A stretch of DNA of 64,000 bases from a virus. The notes under the pieces are model-generated. The model saw only the letters and a list, made by a program, of their open reading frames with translations, was not told where the DNA came from and did no database searches. Shown here piece after piece: positions 31,507 to 40,684 of the stretch. The stretch spans positions 1 through 64,000 of the IMG/VR virus record IMGVR_UViG_3300032046_000013. One strand, given 5' to 3'. The position numbers and the translations under genes are program-made. Positions within the stretch are counted from its first letter, which is position 1. Each line of letters begins with the position of its first letter.

Positions 31507-32358
31507 TTAAGACATGACTCCTTCAAAATACGATTGATATCCTGGAATTAAGCCGATCACCCTGAAAATCCTGAACGGCAATCTCTGGCTCTTGAGTCCG
31601 ATAGGCTGTGGCGGTGTCGCCTTTTTCCATCCTTCAATGGCCTGATCCCATGATTGTCGTAATTGGGAAGCCAAAGCCTGGTATCGGGGTCCCCGATCAA
31701 TGCTCAAGCTATGGCCGTCGGTGTAGCTCATGGCATTCGCTATTTCCATCCGAGCGCGGCTTTCCAGGGCATAGATCAGGCCCCCGGTCGTTATCAGGTC
31801 CTCCGGCACGGTATCAAAACTCAGGGGCCGGTATTGCGGACCGCGAATCACGATATGATCCAAGGCGTTGGCCAGACAGGTCATCAGGGTGTCGGTCGGC
31901 CATTGAAACACAGGCTCATCCAGCCGATACCAACTCACCAGATCGTCCATTAGTCGGATGCGCAACTGTGTGATGTAATACTGCAGCATCGTGATCTCGC
32001 CGATCTCGATCACGCCTCCGATCAGTATTTTCAGGTTCCGGCCCTGATAAGTCAGATCACCCGTGAATTCGATTCGATACAGGCCGAACTCCATGAAGGA
32101 CGGAAGAAAACTGATGCTGTAGCGACCAGTTCCCAGATGTTCAAGAATTACTGACCCGCCTTCGGCCAGGGTTCCGCTTACCAGTTGGAGATTCAGAACG
32201 ACTTCGCCCTCGCGGAGGACCCGGGCGCGAGGGTTATCCACGTCCGCGAGATTGGATTGCGGATCACGGAAGCTAACCCGGATTGAAATCAGGGCTTGCT
32301 TCTTCTGCTCCCGCACCTCATTGGGTAGGGTTGCCCCGAACTCGAAGACTCGGGCCAC
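31507..32358 (-). CDS. Head-tail adaptor-like protein with Ig-like N-terminal domain
   Basis: VSFRDPQSNLADVD...GTGRYSI (Ig-like); helical C-terminus LRIRLMD...YTDGHSLSIDR; downstream of the MCP. Confidence 0.55.
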   Translation of the reverse strand: MARVFEFGATLPNEVREQKKQALISIRVSFRDPQSNLADVDNPRARVLREGEVVLNLQLVSGTLAEGGSVILEHLGTGRYSISFLPSFMEFGLYRIEFTGDLTYQGRNLKILIGGVIEIGEITMLQYYITQLRIRLMDDLVSWYRLDEPVFQWPTDTLMTCLANALDHIVIRGPQYRPLSFDTVPEDLITTGGLIYALESRARMEIANAMSYTDGHSLSIDRGPRYQALASQLRQSWDQAIEGWKKATPPQPIGLKSQRLPFRIFRVIGLIPGYQSYFEGVMS

Positions 32359-32366
32359 AGCATCTC

Positions 32367-32849
32367 CTATCGAGCACCGGACCCGATCTGGGTAGCACGG
32401 TCTTCTTCCTCAGCTTGCCTCTTCACCTCTTCCAACCGAATGTCATATTCATTATCGACCGTCGGGTCTGCGAACTCGTTCATCTCTTTACCGCGTTGCC
32501 GTATCACCCCGGCTGGACTGGAAACCGGATTCCCGGGAACCGGCTCGCCCACTTCCAACTCGACCAAGAACTTGCGTTCGATGAAATCGCGGATCGCCCG
32601 GGACTTCAATAGTTGCTCATCCGTGTAGTAGGCCCCGAGGTCTTTGGTCTCGTGCGGTTCCAGTGTCTCGAAACTCACCATCTGGCCCAGGGCGTTCTGG
32701 GTGCCGAGGTCACCGAGGAACAACCGGGTGTCGGTCATGTTCTTGAACCGCCGCCGCCCCGTGGTGCTGGCCTTCTCGGGTTGAGTATCGAATAACTTTT
32801 TCGGTGTCCCGGTAATCCCCTCGTTTCGGTCGCCTGCTTGCTCGCTCAT
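32367..32849 (-). CDS. Hypothetical capsid-proximal protein (160 aa)
   Basis: Start MSEQAG with GGAGG RBS and ATGA overlap; FKNMT..L.L...L.P...DL pattern shared with the upstream gene. Confidence 0.6.
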   Translation of the reverse strand: MSEQAGDRNEGITGTPKKLFDTQPEKASTTGRRRFKNMTDTRLFLGDLGTQNALGQMVSFETLEPHETKDLGAYYTDEQLLKSRAIRDFIERKFLVELEVGEPVPGNPVSSPAGVIRQRGKEMNEFADPTVDNEYDIRLEEVKRQAEEEDRATQIGSGAR

Positions 32850-33397
32850 TTCATCCCTCCTGTTTTTCTGCGTCCCCTTCCGGGAACGGTTTCCGCATCG
32901 GTGCGGCTCACCCCGAATAGTGCCGTCGATGACGGCGGTTCGGGAATCTCTGGTTCTGGCAAAGGAACTGGTGGTTCTGCTGGATTTGATGTTGACACTC
33001 TCCCAAGAGGTATGGTGCCTCCTTGATTGCTTGGCCCATAACCATCGGTCGGCGGTCGATGTGGCGGAGACACTGACTGAGCGACCATACACAGAGCCAA
33101 TGCCTTGTCCAAATCGGTGAATCGCCGCAGTTCTGCCGGTGTCCAATTTTGGAGATCAATCCATCCGTTCGGACTGAGACTGATCTTTTCCCGAGACGGT
33201 TTGACACTCCCCACGGCTAAAGCCGGGAGATTCTTCAGAGGCATGATGCCTCCAAACGGCTCTGCCCGAGCCTCAAGGCGCAGGGCGTTGCCCTCGGTAT
33301 CTGAGCGGCGATTCCGGTCAAGCCCTGGTGGCGAGTTCAGAACCAACTTCGCCACCGTCACGTTGGTAAAAATTGTGCCTTTATCCAGATCAACCAT
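32846..33397 (-). CDS. Hypothetical capsid-proximal protein carrying an in-frame IS right-end insertion
   Basis: First gene after the MCP; EARAEPFGGIMPLKNLPALAVGSVK is encoded by tnpB-derived DNA. Confidence 0.6.
   Translation of the reverse strand: MVDLDKGTIFTNVTVAKLVLNSPPGLDRNRRSDTEGNALRLEARAEPFGGIMPLKNLPALAVGSVKPSREKISLSPNGWIDLQNWTPAELRRFTDLDKALALCMVAQSVSPPHRPPTDGYGPSNQGGTIPLGRVSTSNPAEPPVPLPEPEIPEPPSSTALFGVSRTDAETVPGRGRRKTGGMK
33201..33276 (-). ncRNA. Stand-alone copy of the TnpB omegaRNA 3' scaffold/right end (guide ACCGTCTCGGGAAAAGATCA, 33200-33181)
   Basis: Matches 233-309 at 75 of 77 positions (one substitution, one 1-nt deletion); ends in TCAA. Confidence 0.8.
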
Positions 33398-33462
33398 CGA
33401 AAGGGAGGGGCGGGGTCTCACACCGCCGCCCGCTCCCGTTCCTTTCGTGTCCTGATCACCGA

Positions 33463-34404
33463 TTAGGCGATGATGCTATGGGTCATCTTGGCCACGCCGT
33501 TGGCGCAGGTGATGGCCAAGCCGATCAGTTCGTAGCCCACGAGACCCAGGCGCAGATTCTTCGGATCATCCGCCGGGATCACGTCCACGTCTTTACGGAT
33601 CGGCATCCATCCGCAGAACTTCGGAGTCGCCAGGACAAAGACTCGGCCCGCAGTGATCTGGTCCGACACGTAGTAGTCGGCTCCCCAGTGGGAACCCAGG
33701 TAGCCAGATTCCCGGACTTCCTGCATTCCGACCTGGTCCAGGTCCTGGAAAGTCCAACGCCGGATGCCTTGGGTGCCGTAGGGACTCATCAGAACTGCCG
33801 CTGGCACGAGCCGGTGCCGTTCCACCTCGGTAAAGAGCCGAGCCAGATGGTCCCGGTCCATGTAGGTGCTACTGGTGATCGCCGTGTTGTTGATCGTCGA
33901 GGCGGTATTCAAGGCACCGAACCCGATGAGGTCCTCCCGGAGTTCCATCCCCTCGATCAGCCGGTCCTTGGCACGGTCCAAGGCCCGGAAACGCCGGGTG
34001 TAGAGTTCCCGGTAGGGAATCTGCGGAGTCGCCACGATCTCGAACGGTTCGACCTCTATGCGGGCACCCTTCATCTCGACCATCCGGTTGGTCCCGAATC
34101 GTCCGACCTTGACCGCCGGAACGTCCGGCAAGTCCTTGTCGTAGATCAGGGGCACGCCGTCCGGCATCTGCTCGATCACCACGAACTTCCGAAAGATGCC
34201 CTTGTAGTCGAGTTTGGTGCGAACCGGGTTGGCCATGTTCGCTGCGATCTTCCGCAGTCCCATCTCCGACTGCATGACCCGGGACAGCGCGGCCTCTTTC
34301 TGCATCAGCCGCTGGGCCTGTTGAACTCGGCCCTGGTGGGTCGAGTAATCGGGATGATACGACCGCCGATTCACGGTAGTTACGGGGGCACTTTGAGTTT
34401 TCAT
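33463..34404 (-). CDS. Major capsid protein (HK97/encapsulin-like fold, 313 aa)
   Basis: GLRKIAANMANPVRTKLDYKGIFRK, GVPLIYDKD, FEIVATPQI, G.HWGADYYVS, GLVGYELIGLAI; strongly biased codons; follows protease-scaffold-decoration. Confidence 0.88.
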   Translation of the reverse strand: MKTQSAPVTTVNRRSYHPDYSTHQGRVQQAQRLMQKEAALSRVMQSEMGLRKIAANMANPVRTKLDYKGIFRKFVVIEQMPDGVPLIYDKDLPDVPAVKVGRFGTNRMVEMKGARIEVEPFEIVATPQIPYRELYTRRFRALDRAKDRLIEGMELREDLIGFGALNTASTINNTAITSSTYMDRDHLARLFTEVERHRLVPAAVLMSPYGTQGIRRWTFQDLDQVGMQEVRESGYLGSHWGADYYVSDQITAGRVFVLATPKFCGWMPIRKDVDVIPADDPKNLRLGLVGYELIGLAITCANGVAKMTHSIIA

Positions 34405-34416
34405 CTGTTCACCTCC

Positions 34417-34896
34417 TTATATCAAGATCGGGGCCTGGTAAACGTCCAGGGCGGTCGGGGTTGAGGACGGCAGGCCGTCGCCACTGACGATCTTGAGATA
34501 TGCGGACTTGCCGGTGCCGTTGTCGTTGTCCCACAGACCATCGGCTCCGACATACAGCGGATCATTCAGGCTGTAAGTCCCGCCAGTCGGAGTCTCGGTC
34601 CACGGGGTCGTCCCGTCGGCCTCGGGGATCAATCGAAGTTTGTTGCAACCGAAGATCACGGTGCAGATCAGGCTATCCGTCTGCACTGTCTCCGCGATCT
34701 GGATGTCGCCCTTCAGATCATACACCGAGTTGTTTTGGAACACCCCGATGATGTCATCCGAAGTGGCGAGTTTGGCGCCGGAGGCTCCGAGTTTCGCCGG
34801 GGACCCGCCGTAATACGGGTTGGACGCCGCATCAGCGGCGTCCAGGGCGATTTCCCCGTCTTTGAAGCCACCCCACTGAAGGATGTCAACTGACAT
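34417..34896 (-). CDS. Capsid decoration/cement-like protein
   Basis: Between scaffold and MCP; YSLNDPLYVGADGLW beta motif; start MSVDIL. Confidence 0.65.
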   Translation of the reverse strand: MSVDILQWGGFKDGEIALDAADAASNPYYGGSPAKLGASGAKLATSDDIIGVFQNNSVYDLKGDIQIAETVQTDSLICTVIFGCNKLRLIPEADGTTPWTETPTGGTYSLNDPLYVGADGLWDNDNGTGKSAYLKIVSGDGLPSSTPTALDVYQAPILI

Positions 34897-34949
34897 GTTT
34901 TTCTGCTCTCTATTCTGTGCTCGTCGCTGAGCACGGTCTGGTTCCCATT

Positions 34950-37172
34950 TCAATCATCCCACATGCTTTCCAGCGAATCCGTGAGTTCATCGCCGCCTTG
35001 AACCAACGGCAGATGTTGCGCGGTCTTTTTCAACCCCTGGACCGGCACGGGCCGGATGTCCTTGGCCATTGCCGCCACGTGCTCGAACTCCCCGGAAGTC
35101 ATTTTCACGTAGTTTGCCACCTTTTCCGGTATCTCCATCTGGTCGATCTGCCCTTTTTCCAGAAGCAAGATAGCGACCTTCAGGGCCGGGCCTACCCGGG
35201 CTAACCGCTGATTTCTCGCCTCGATTTCGGCACTGAGCGCGGATGCGACTTTCAATACCGGAATCGCTTCGGCCAGACAACGATTAGCCAACTTCACGGC
35301 CTGTCCGATTTTCGCCCGATGCTCTTTAATCCCCGCCTTGTTTGGGCGGATTTTCATCAGGCTTTCGATCTGATCCCCCACTGTCTTCGTATTGACCATC
35401 AGGCCACTGATGGCCGAGGTCAAGTTCTTGGTGGTGGATTTCAGGGCCGCGTCTTTTTTCCACGAACTGGCCAATGCCCGTAGCTGATCATGCGTTCCGT
35501 CGAGGATTTTCAGCCGGGCCACGATTCCTTTTTTCTCCGCCGAGGTCATGGCCGTGGTGCCCGCCACATCCTCCCGATGTTCGGCATTCAGATAGGCATC
35601 GGCGGAGTTCGCCACTTGCTGGGTCTCGGGCGAGGTCAGGGAAGTATCCGAGCCTTGGGAAATTTCATCTGGTGTTCGGGTTCCCGCATCCGGGCCTGTG
35701 TATTCCGGGTGTTCGCCTGCGGGAACCGAAGCCGCGCCGGGATCGAGTTTCCGGTCCTCGGCCATCCGCAGATACCGCTGGAATTCCCGAACGGCTTTCC
35801 GATACTGGGCATTGGAAACCCGGATGGATCGCGCATGTTTGCGTCCGATCTCCTGAACCGCTTTTTCAAATGTCAAGCCCGAGGCTATGCGCTTTTTGAC
35901 CTCGGCCAAAGCCGAAGCCATGATTTTATGGACAAACACTTTGGTGGATTCCACTTGTTTCCACCGACGATGTATGACCGATGCCTCGATTTGGTGTCGG
36001 ACGTGCGCCTGATCCATCCCGGAGATCTGGAGTTTTTTCGCCTGTTTGATCATCGCCCTTCGATAGGCCCCCTTCATTTGCGCATAATCCGTATCCGAGG
36101 CCCCACCGAACTCCTGGGGCATTCGCGCTTTCGGCGTTGAAGGTGATCCAGTCCGAGCCTCCTGGGCCAGAGCCTGATCCGGGTCAGGACTTCGGGTCAT
36201 GTCCGGGATATCGACCGCCGCATGGGGCACCTTGGGATTTGGTTCATTCGAGGCCGGGGTTCCCACATCGGCCCCGGTCTTGTTAGTGCGACCCATCGTT
36301 CGGGTTCCGCTACCTGATCGTTTACCGCCCTGGGATTCCAACGCCTGGATCGCGGATTGGGGATCGCCAAAATCATCAGACGGGCCAACCCGACTCATGG
36401 TCTTGGTATCGTAATATCCGACCGAACCATCGCCTTGGACTATCGCTGTCAGGCCATCGGGCATCAGGTAACTTCCGTGAACTGTTGCTTGCTTGGCTCC
36501 GATGGTCGGAATCTCGGCCTTCTCTGCCACATCGGTCAAGGCTTTTAACACTTCCTGCTCGGTTTTCACCTGATCTGCCCGGGTTCTAATCTCCTCCTGG
36601 ATGATCGCATCGGTGCCACCGCTGGGTTTGCCCGGGGCCGCTACCGGGGTTTCTGCCGGTTCTTCAGCTTCTTCTTTCGGCGCGGGTTCGCCCCCCAGTT
36701 CCGGTCCCTCGGCTGGTCTCTGGCCTGGCCCAGTGGGTTCGCCCTGGGCTTCTTTGGCCATCAGGTGCAGGGCCTCGGCATTGGCCGTGGCCACGGCGGT
36801 GATCGCTTGCACTTGCCGCTTCTTCACGGCCAGAGTGTAATTGATGTCGGTTTCCTGCTTGGCCGTCTGCACCTGGGACCCGCCCATGCTGGCCACGGGC
36901 GGTGCTCCAGGTTCCCGAGTCTCCTGGGCCTGGGCCGCCACGGCCTGAGTCTGGGTTCCGTAATCCCCTGCGTCGTGCTGAGTCTGGATGTTCGACGCGG
37001 CCCGCACGTCCCCGCTTTCGGTTTGGGCCGTTTTTACTCCCGTTTTGATTCCCGCTTCCGCAGACTTCGCTTCCGCCGTCTTCATTTGTTCCTCCTGCAA
37101 GCCGAGTATTTTCCCAAGTTTCTTGAATGATCGGCCAAGTGCGGCCTGACTCCGATCAACATTCTCCGCCAT
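34950..37172 (-). CDS. Scaffolding/prohead core protein (740 aa)
   Basis: Between protease and MCP; low-complexity and helical; many K-x-A motifs; GGGGAGG RBS. Confidence 0.65.
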   Translation of the reverse strand: MAENVDRSQAALGRSFKKLGKILGLQEEQMKTAEAKSAEAGIKTGVKTAQTESGDVRAASNIQTQHDAGDYGTQTQAVAAQAQETREPGAPPVASMGGSQVQTAKQETDINYTLAVKKRQVQAITAVATANAEALHLMAKEAQGEPTGPGQRPAEGPELGGEPAPKEEAEEPAETPVAAPGKPSGGTDAIIQEEIRTRADQVKTEQEVLKALTDVAEKAEIPTIGAKQATVHGSYLMPDGLTAIVQGDGSVGYYDTKTMSRVGPSDDFGDPQSAIQALESQGGKRSGSGTRTMGRTNKTGADVGTPASNEPNPKVPHAAVDIPDMTRSPDPDQALAQEARTGSPSTPKARMPQEFGGASDTDYAQMKGAYRRAMIKQAKKLQISGMDQAHVRHQIEASVIHRRWKQVESTKVFVHKIMASALAEVKKRIASGLTFEKAVQEIGRKHARSIRVSNAQYRKAVREFQRYLRMAEDRKLDPGAASVPAGEHPEYTGPDAGTRTPDEISQGSDTSLTSPETQQVANSADAYLNAEHREDVAGTTAMTSAEKKGIVARLKILDGTHDQLRALASSWKKDAALKSTTKNLTSAISGLMVNTKTVGDQIESLMKIRPNKAGIKEHRAKIGQAVKLANRCLAEAIPVLKVASALSAEIEARNQRLARVGPALKVAILLLEKGQIDQMEIPEKVANYVKMTSGEFEHVAAMAKDIRPVPVQGLKKTAQHLPLVQGGDELTDSLESMWDD

Positions 37173-37980
37173 GCTCTGCCTCCCCATCGAGTTGCTGGCC
37201 CAGCCGCTCAATCAAATGCGCCCAAAACATTTTCCCATGTTCTGTCCGATCTTCAGCGGCGATCTTCCACAACGCACCATAGAGCCGATCCCCGGCGATC
37301 CAGAGTCCGACCGGGGTTTGCCTCAGACCGGATGACGCGAGTTTGGCCAAGATTTTGGCGTTCTGATCCGCTCCCTCCGAGGTGGTGATGATAGAATTTT
37401 CAAAGAACACTACGCCCCGGTTCAGTTCCACCGCTTTTTTTTGTTGGAAATTCGTCGACGCATCGCAGATCATGGTGCCGCGTTTCGGAGGTCTGATGTG
37501 ATCGCAGAAGTCCTGGGGCATGGCCGCGACGTTCCCACAGACGTTGCATACCGAGGTCGTGCACCAGGCTCCCATCGAAGTGTCGGTGATCCGCTGTTCC
37601 TGTATGGCCCGTTCGATCCCCGGTCGCCGGGACTCCGCGAGTTTCCGGTCCACGGCCATCAGGACCTTGACGTAATTCTGAGGCGTGTAAACCGCATCCG
37701 GGTTTGACCCGATCTTCAGGGATTCGTCCCAGTTCTCGTGATCCAGGCAGGCCCAGGAATCGACGAAAGTTCGGTAAGCAAGTTTCAGTTCTGCCCGCTC
37801 GAAGGCATCGTGATTTTCGTTCGAGCCGAAATCTTCCCAAGCTGACACTGCCCAGCTCTCAATATAGAAATTTTCTTCTGGATTCAGGGAAAAGCGAATA
37901 GCACTTTCTTTGAGTAGGCCCTGGACTTCGGCCTCGGGCCGGAGCCATAATTGATGGGATCGGGCAAATTTGAAAAACAT
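37156..37980 (-). CDS. Prohead maturation protease (assemblin-like, with zinc finger)
   Basis: NENHDAF...L..AYRTF...LDH, TSMG nucleophile-like motif, CNVC...CDH, FFENSII...GAD; synteny. Confidence 0.75.
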   Translation of the reverse strand: MFFKFARSHQLWLRPEAEVQGLLKESAIRFSLNPEENFYIESWAVSAWEDFGSNENHDAFERAELKLAYRTFVDSWACLDHENWDESLKIGSNPDAVYTPQNYVKVLMAVDRKLAESRRPGIERAIQEQRITDTSMGAWCTTSVCNVCGNVAAMPQDFCDHIRPPKRGTMICDASTNFQQKKAVELNRGVVFFENSIITTSEGADQNAKILAKLASSGLRQTPVGLWIAGDRLYGALWKIAAEDRTEHGKMFWAHLIERLGQQLDGEAEHGGEC

Positions 37981-38219
37981 CAGAATTCCCGCAGAGCTTC
38001 GGTCAACAAGTCATCTGCACGGTGCGTTCCCGCACTCCGAATTCGGTTCAGCACCGAGGCTAGAAGTTGAGCCAGTTCCTGGCGTTCATCCTGGGTCGGG
38101 GCCACGGCCAGCCGGTTGTAAATTTCGGTCTGGAGCGTGCGCAGGGCTTCGACTGATGGAGTTTCTTCCCCGCTAAGGTCTGTCCAGGTTCGCCAAAGAG
38201 TCGCAAAATCTTGAGCCAT
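37980..38219 (-). CDS. Small helical hypothetical protein
   Basis: Coupled to the protease by a TGATG overlap. Confidence 0.5.
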   Translation of the reverse strand: MAQDFATLWRTWTDLSGEETPSVEALRTLQTEIYNRLAVAPTQDERQELAQLLASVLNRIRSAGTHRADDLLTEALREF

Positions 38220-38249
38220 CACAAGAGATTCGTTTTGACGAATCAAATT

Positions 38250-38445
38250 TGTTTCATTGAGGTTAAAAATCGTATGAAAAAGTTTAAGGCCTTATGCCCG
38301 TTTTGGACACTTTTTGCGCATTTTAGTCCAGTTTGGGGAACTTTGGCAGATCGGACAAAAACTTTATTTGTTAGCTAGATGAAGCACTTACGACCAATTT
38401 GGGCTACTTTGGCCCACTTTGGCACAGAAAAAGCATAGTTTGGAG
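38250..38445. promoter_or_regulatory. AT-rich divergent control region; possible sigma54-like site TGGCAC-N7-GC at 38420-38435
   Basis: Lies at the strand switch; low GC; ACTTTGGC occurs three times; GG-N10-GC spacing with an imperfect -12. Confidence 0.35.
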
Positions 38446-38484
38446 GTATGAAACTCGATCACAATGGTCACTGGATGTGGCCCG

Positions 38485-38557
38485 ACCCCACGGCTCAAGC
38501 CAGGGGCTTTCTCGAAGGATTCTGTAAGGTTTCACGGGAAACATGTAAGCCAGATTA
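38485..38557 (-). mobile_element. Orphan IS605-type end (left-end-like hairpin)
   Basis: 38485-38507 matches the tnpB left-end hairpin 1407-1429 at 21 of 23 nt. Confidence 0.55.
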
Positions 38558-38756
38558 CGAAAGAAGCGTAATCGATGATGAAGCACGAAGATCAAACCTG
38601 TAGAGTCTGTGGCTGGACCTCCGGGGACTTCCGGCAGGCCGATCTGTGCCTGCCTTGTGCGGAGACCCAGAGACGGCCCCAGGCTATCCCAGAGCCACGA
38701 AAGCCCCGGCCCCAGGACATCCGGTTGAGGCTCCAAACCTCGTTGGTCGGTGCCCC

Positions 38757-39269
38757 ATGAAAATCTACAACCACACGCGAATCCCCACAGCCTTATTGGA
38801 GCCGTTGCTTAGCGAAGCAGCAAAGGCTATTGGAGCTAGATTTTCCAGAGTTCCGGTCCGGGTCACCTGGAGTTCTCGTGGTGCTTATGGAAGACAACTG
38901 GATGCCGATGCCATTCGATCCAATAGCTTAGCCCGAAAACCTCGGACTAAAGAAGGAATATATCGCAAGGTTTGGGTTAAGGTTGACGGCGGATATTTAT
39001 TTATCAGAATTGGCAAAAAAGGTGATCCGCTGGAAAGGGCGGAAAAGGCGTTCCAGATAGCCCTCCATGAATGGGCACATATCCGGGATCGCCAGCGCGG
39101 TGAGCGGTTTGGAAACTACAACCGCCGATGGGCCAACCGGCCTCACGAACGACGGGCCGAGTGCCAGATGCGAGAGACCCTGGAACGTGGATTATCCGCC
39201 GAAGCCCAAGAAGCGATCCTGAATCTCGCGGTCTGGATGGCAGACCAAACGAAAGGAGAAACGCGATGA
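38757..39269 (+). CDS. Zincin-like metallopeptidase
   Basis: ALHEWAHIRD (HExxH) plus downstream PHERRAE. Confidence 0.7.
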   Translation: MKIYNHTRIPTALLEPLLSEAAKAIGARFSRVPVRVTWSSRGAYGRQLDADAIRSNSLARKPRTKEGIYRKVWVKVDGGYLFIRIGKKGDPLERAEKAFQIALHEWAHIRDRQRGERFGNYNRRWANRPHERRAECQMRETLERGLSAEAQEAILNLAVWMADQTKGETR

Positions 39270-39344
39270 TCTTCACCCGTAGTTGGTTGACTTGGCTCGG
39301 TCTTTGCCAGATCGCCGTGGTTCGGTATCGGCGCAGGAAGTCCC

Positions 39345-39578
39345 ATGCAACTCGATAAGAACCATCTCAAGGAGATCGAACGACACCTGATGGTGCATCT
39401 CGATCTGGGAATCACGATTCCGGTGCTCGACGGCAAAGGCGAGGACACTGGCGTGGTGGTCTACGTCGGAACTCCAGTCTTGGGTTTGATCCGGGGCACT
39501 CGGGATATGATGACATTTGTGGCTCGGCACCTGACTCTGGACTTCCAAACCAATCCAAAAGGAGATACCCATGACTGA
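39345..39578 (+). CDS. Hypothetical protein (77 aa)
   Basis: AGGAAG RBS; overlaps the next start. Confidence 0.5.
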   Translation: MQLDKNHLKEIERHLMVHLDLGITIPVLDGKGEDTGVVVYVGTPVLGLIRGTRDMMTFVARHLTLDFQTNPKGDTHD

Positions 39579-40485
39579 CGAAAAACCGATCATTCCCGTC
39601 CATCAATGGACTCACGACGGCGACAAAGTGCTCTTAATCAAGTGCATCAACGCTGACGGCACCAGTGGCCCAAAAAACGAATTCATCTGGCCTAAATCCG
39701 GTCCAGTTAAAAGTCCCCAGTGGGACGGGAAGCCGACCTGCGATGGTGGTGGTTTATTCGGTTGGCCGTGGGGAATCGGAATAGGCAGTGGAAAGGACCC
39801 AGATTATCAGGGAATCTGGATCGTGTGGGCAACTGACCCAAACAGGATTATCGTGGTTGATAATGAAAAGACGAAGGCCCCGGATGGAGAAGTGCTTTAC
39901 TATGGGGAATGGGTCGGAGCTTTTCGGATGGTGCTGCAAGGGCAGATTGCGTGGATTCAGCAATCATCAAGGGGGGCCGCAAGTGCCACGGGTGGGCAGG
40001 GGGCCGCAAGTGCCACGGGTTGGCGGGGGGCCGCAAGTGCCACGAGTTGGCAGGGGGCCGCAAGTGCCACGGGTTGGCAGGGGGCCGCAAGTGCCACGGG
40101 TTGGCAGGGGGCCGCAAGTGCCACGGGTAGGCAGGGGGCCGCAAGTGCCACGGGTTGGCAGGGGGCCGCAAGTGCCACGGGTAGGCAGGGGGCCGCAAGT
40201 GCCACGGGTTGGCAGGGGGCCGCAAGTGCCACGGGTGAGCAGGGAATCGCCACCATCACCGGAGACGAAGGCACAATCGAGGTTGGCTTTGGCGGTATTG
40301 CAGCGGTCTGTGCGAAAGTTGTAATCTGGAAAGTTCATAAAGATGCCGTGCTGATTCAACGATGGAAAGATTTCCGGAACCATTACCAAACGGCAGTGCT
40401 CTATCCCAAAAAACTTCGGCTAAAAACTGGACGGGTAGTCAAGGTAGTTAAGGGAAAAATCCAGAAGAAGAATTCTCATGGCTGA
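39571..40485 (+). CDS. Phage repeat protein with 10 x GAASATGxQ
   Basis: N-terminal F.WP.SG.V..P.W...CxGGLxGWPWG domain followed by 9-aa repeats; AGGAG RBS. Confidence 0.8.
   Translation: MTDEKPIIPVHQWTHDGDKVLLIKCINADGTSGPKNEFIWPKSGPVKSPQWDGKPTCDGGGLFGWPWGIGIGSGKDPDYQGIWIVWATDPNRIIVVDNEKTKAPDGEVLYYGEWVGAFRMVLQGQIAWIQQSSRGAASATGGQGAASATGWRGAASATSWQGAASATGWQGAASATGWQGAASATGRQGAASATGWQGAASATGRQGAASATGWQGAASATGEQGIATITGDEGTIEVGFGGIAAVCAKVVIWKVHKDAVLIQRWKDFRNHYQTAVLYPKKLRLKTGRVVKVVKGKIQKKNSHG
39973..40242 (+). repeat. 27-bp coding tandem repeat, 10 copies
   Basis: Unit ggggccgcaagtgccacgggttggcag; variation is confined to the last three codons. Confidence 0.95.
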
Positions 40486-40684
40486 AAAACACCAGCCGAT
40501 CTATATGTCGCTGGCCGCGGCCGCGAGGATATTGGGTATCACACCCAAGTGGTTTCGTCACCGAGCTAATCGCGGCGATTTTAACCGCATGGAATTTCTC
40601 ATGGAATTCGGGGGCAAACTCTACGTGGATCAGCAGAAGTTCCTGGCTTATCTGGATGAACACCATATCAAAACCGAGGACTAA
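40478..40684 (+). CDS. Small HTH/excisionase-like DNA-binding protein
   Basis: [25 protein letters not shown]...GGKLYVD. Confidence 0.65.
   Translation: MAEKHQPIYMSLAAAARILGITPKWFRHRANRGDFNRMEFLMEFGGKLYVDQQKFLAYLDEHHIKTED

Noticed and set aside
33373-34464. 363-aa + strand ORF
   Set aside because: It is the antisense shadow of the codon-biased major capsid gene.
39973-40242. CRISPR array
   Set aside because: The units are contiguous in-frame 27-mers with no unique spacers, and no cas genes are present.
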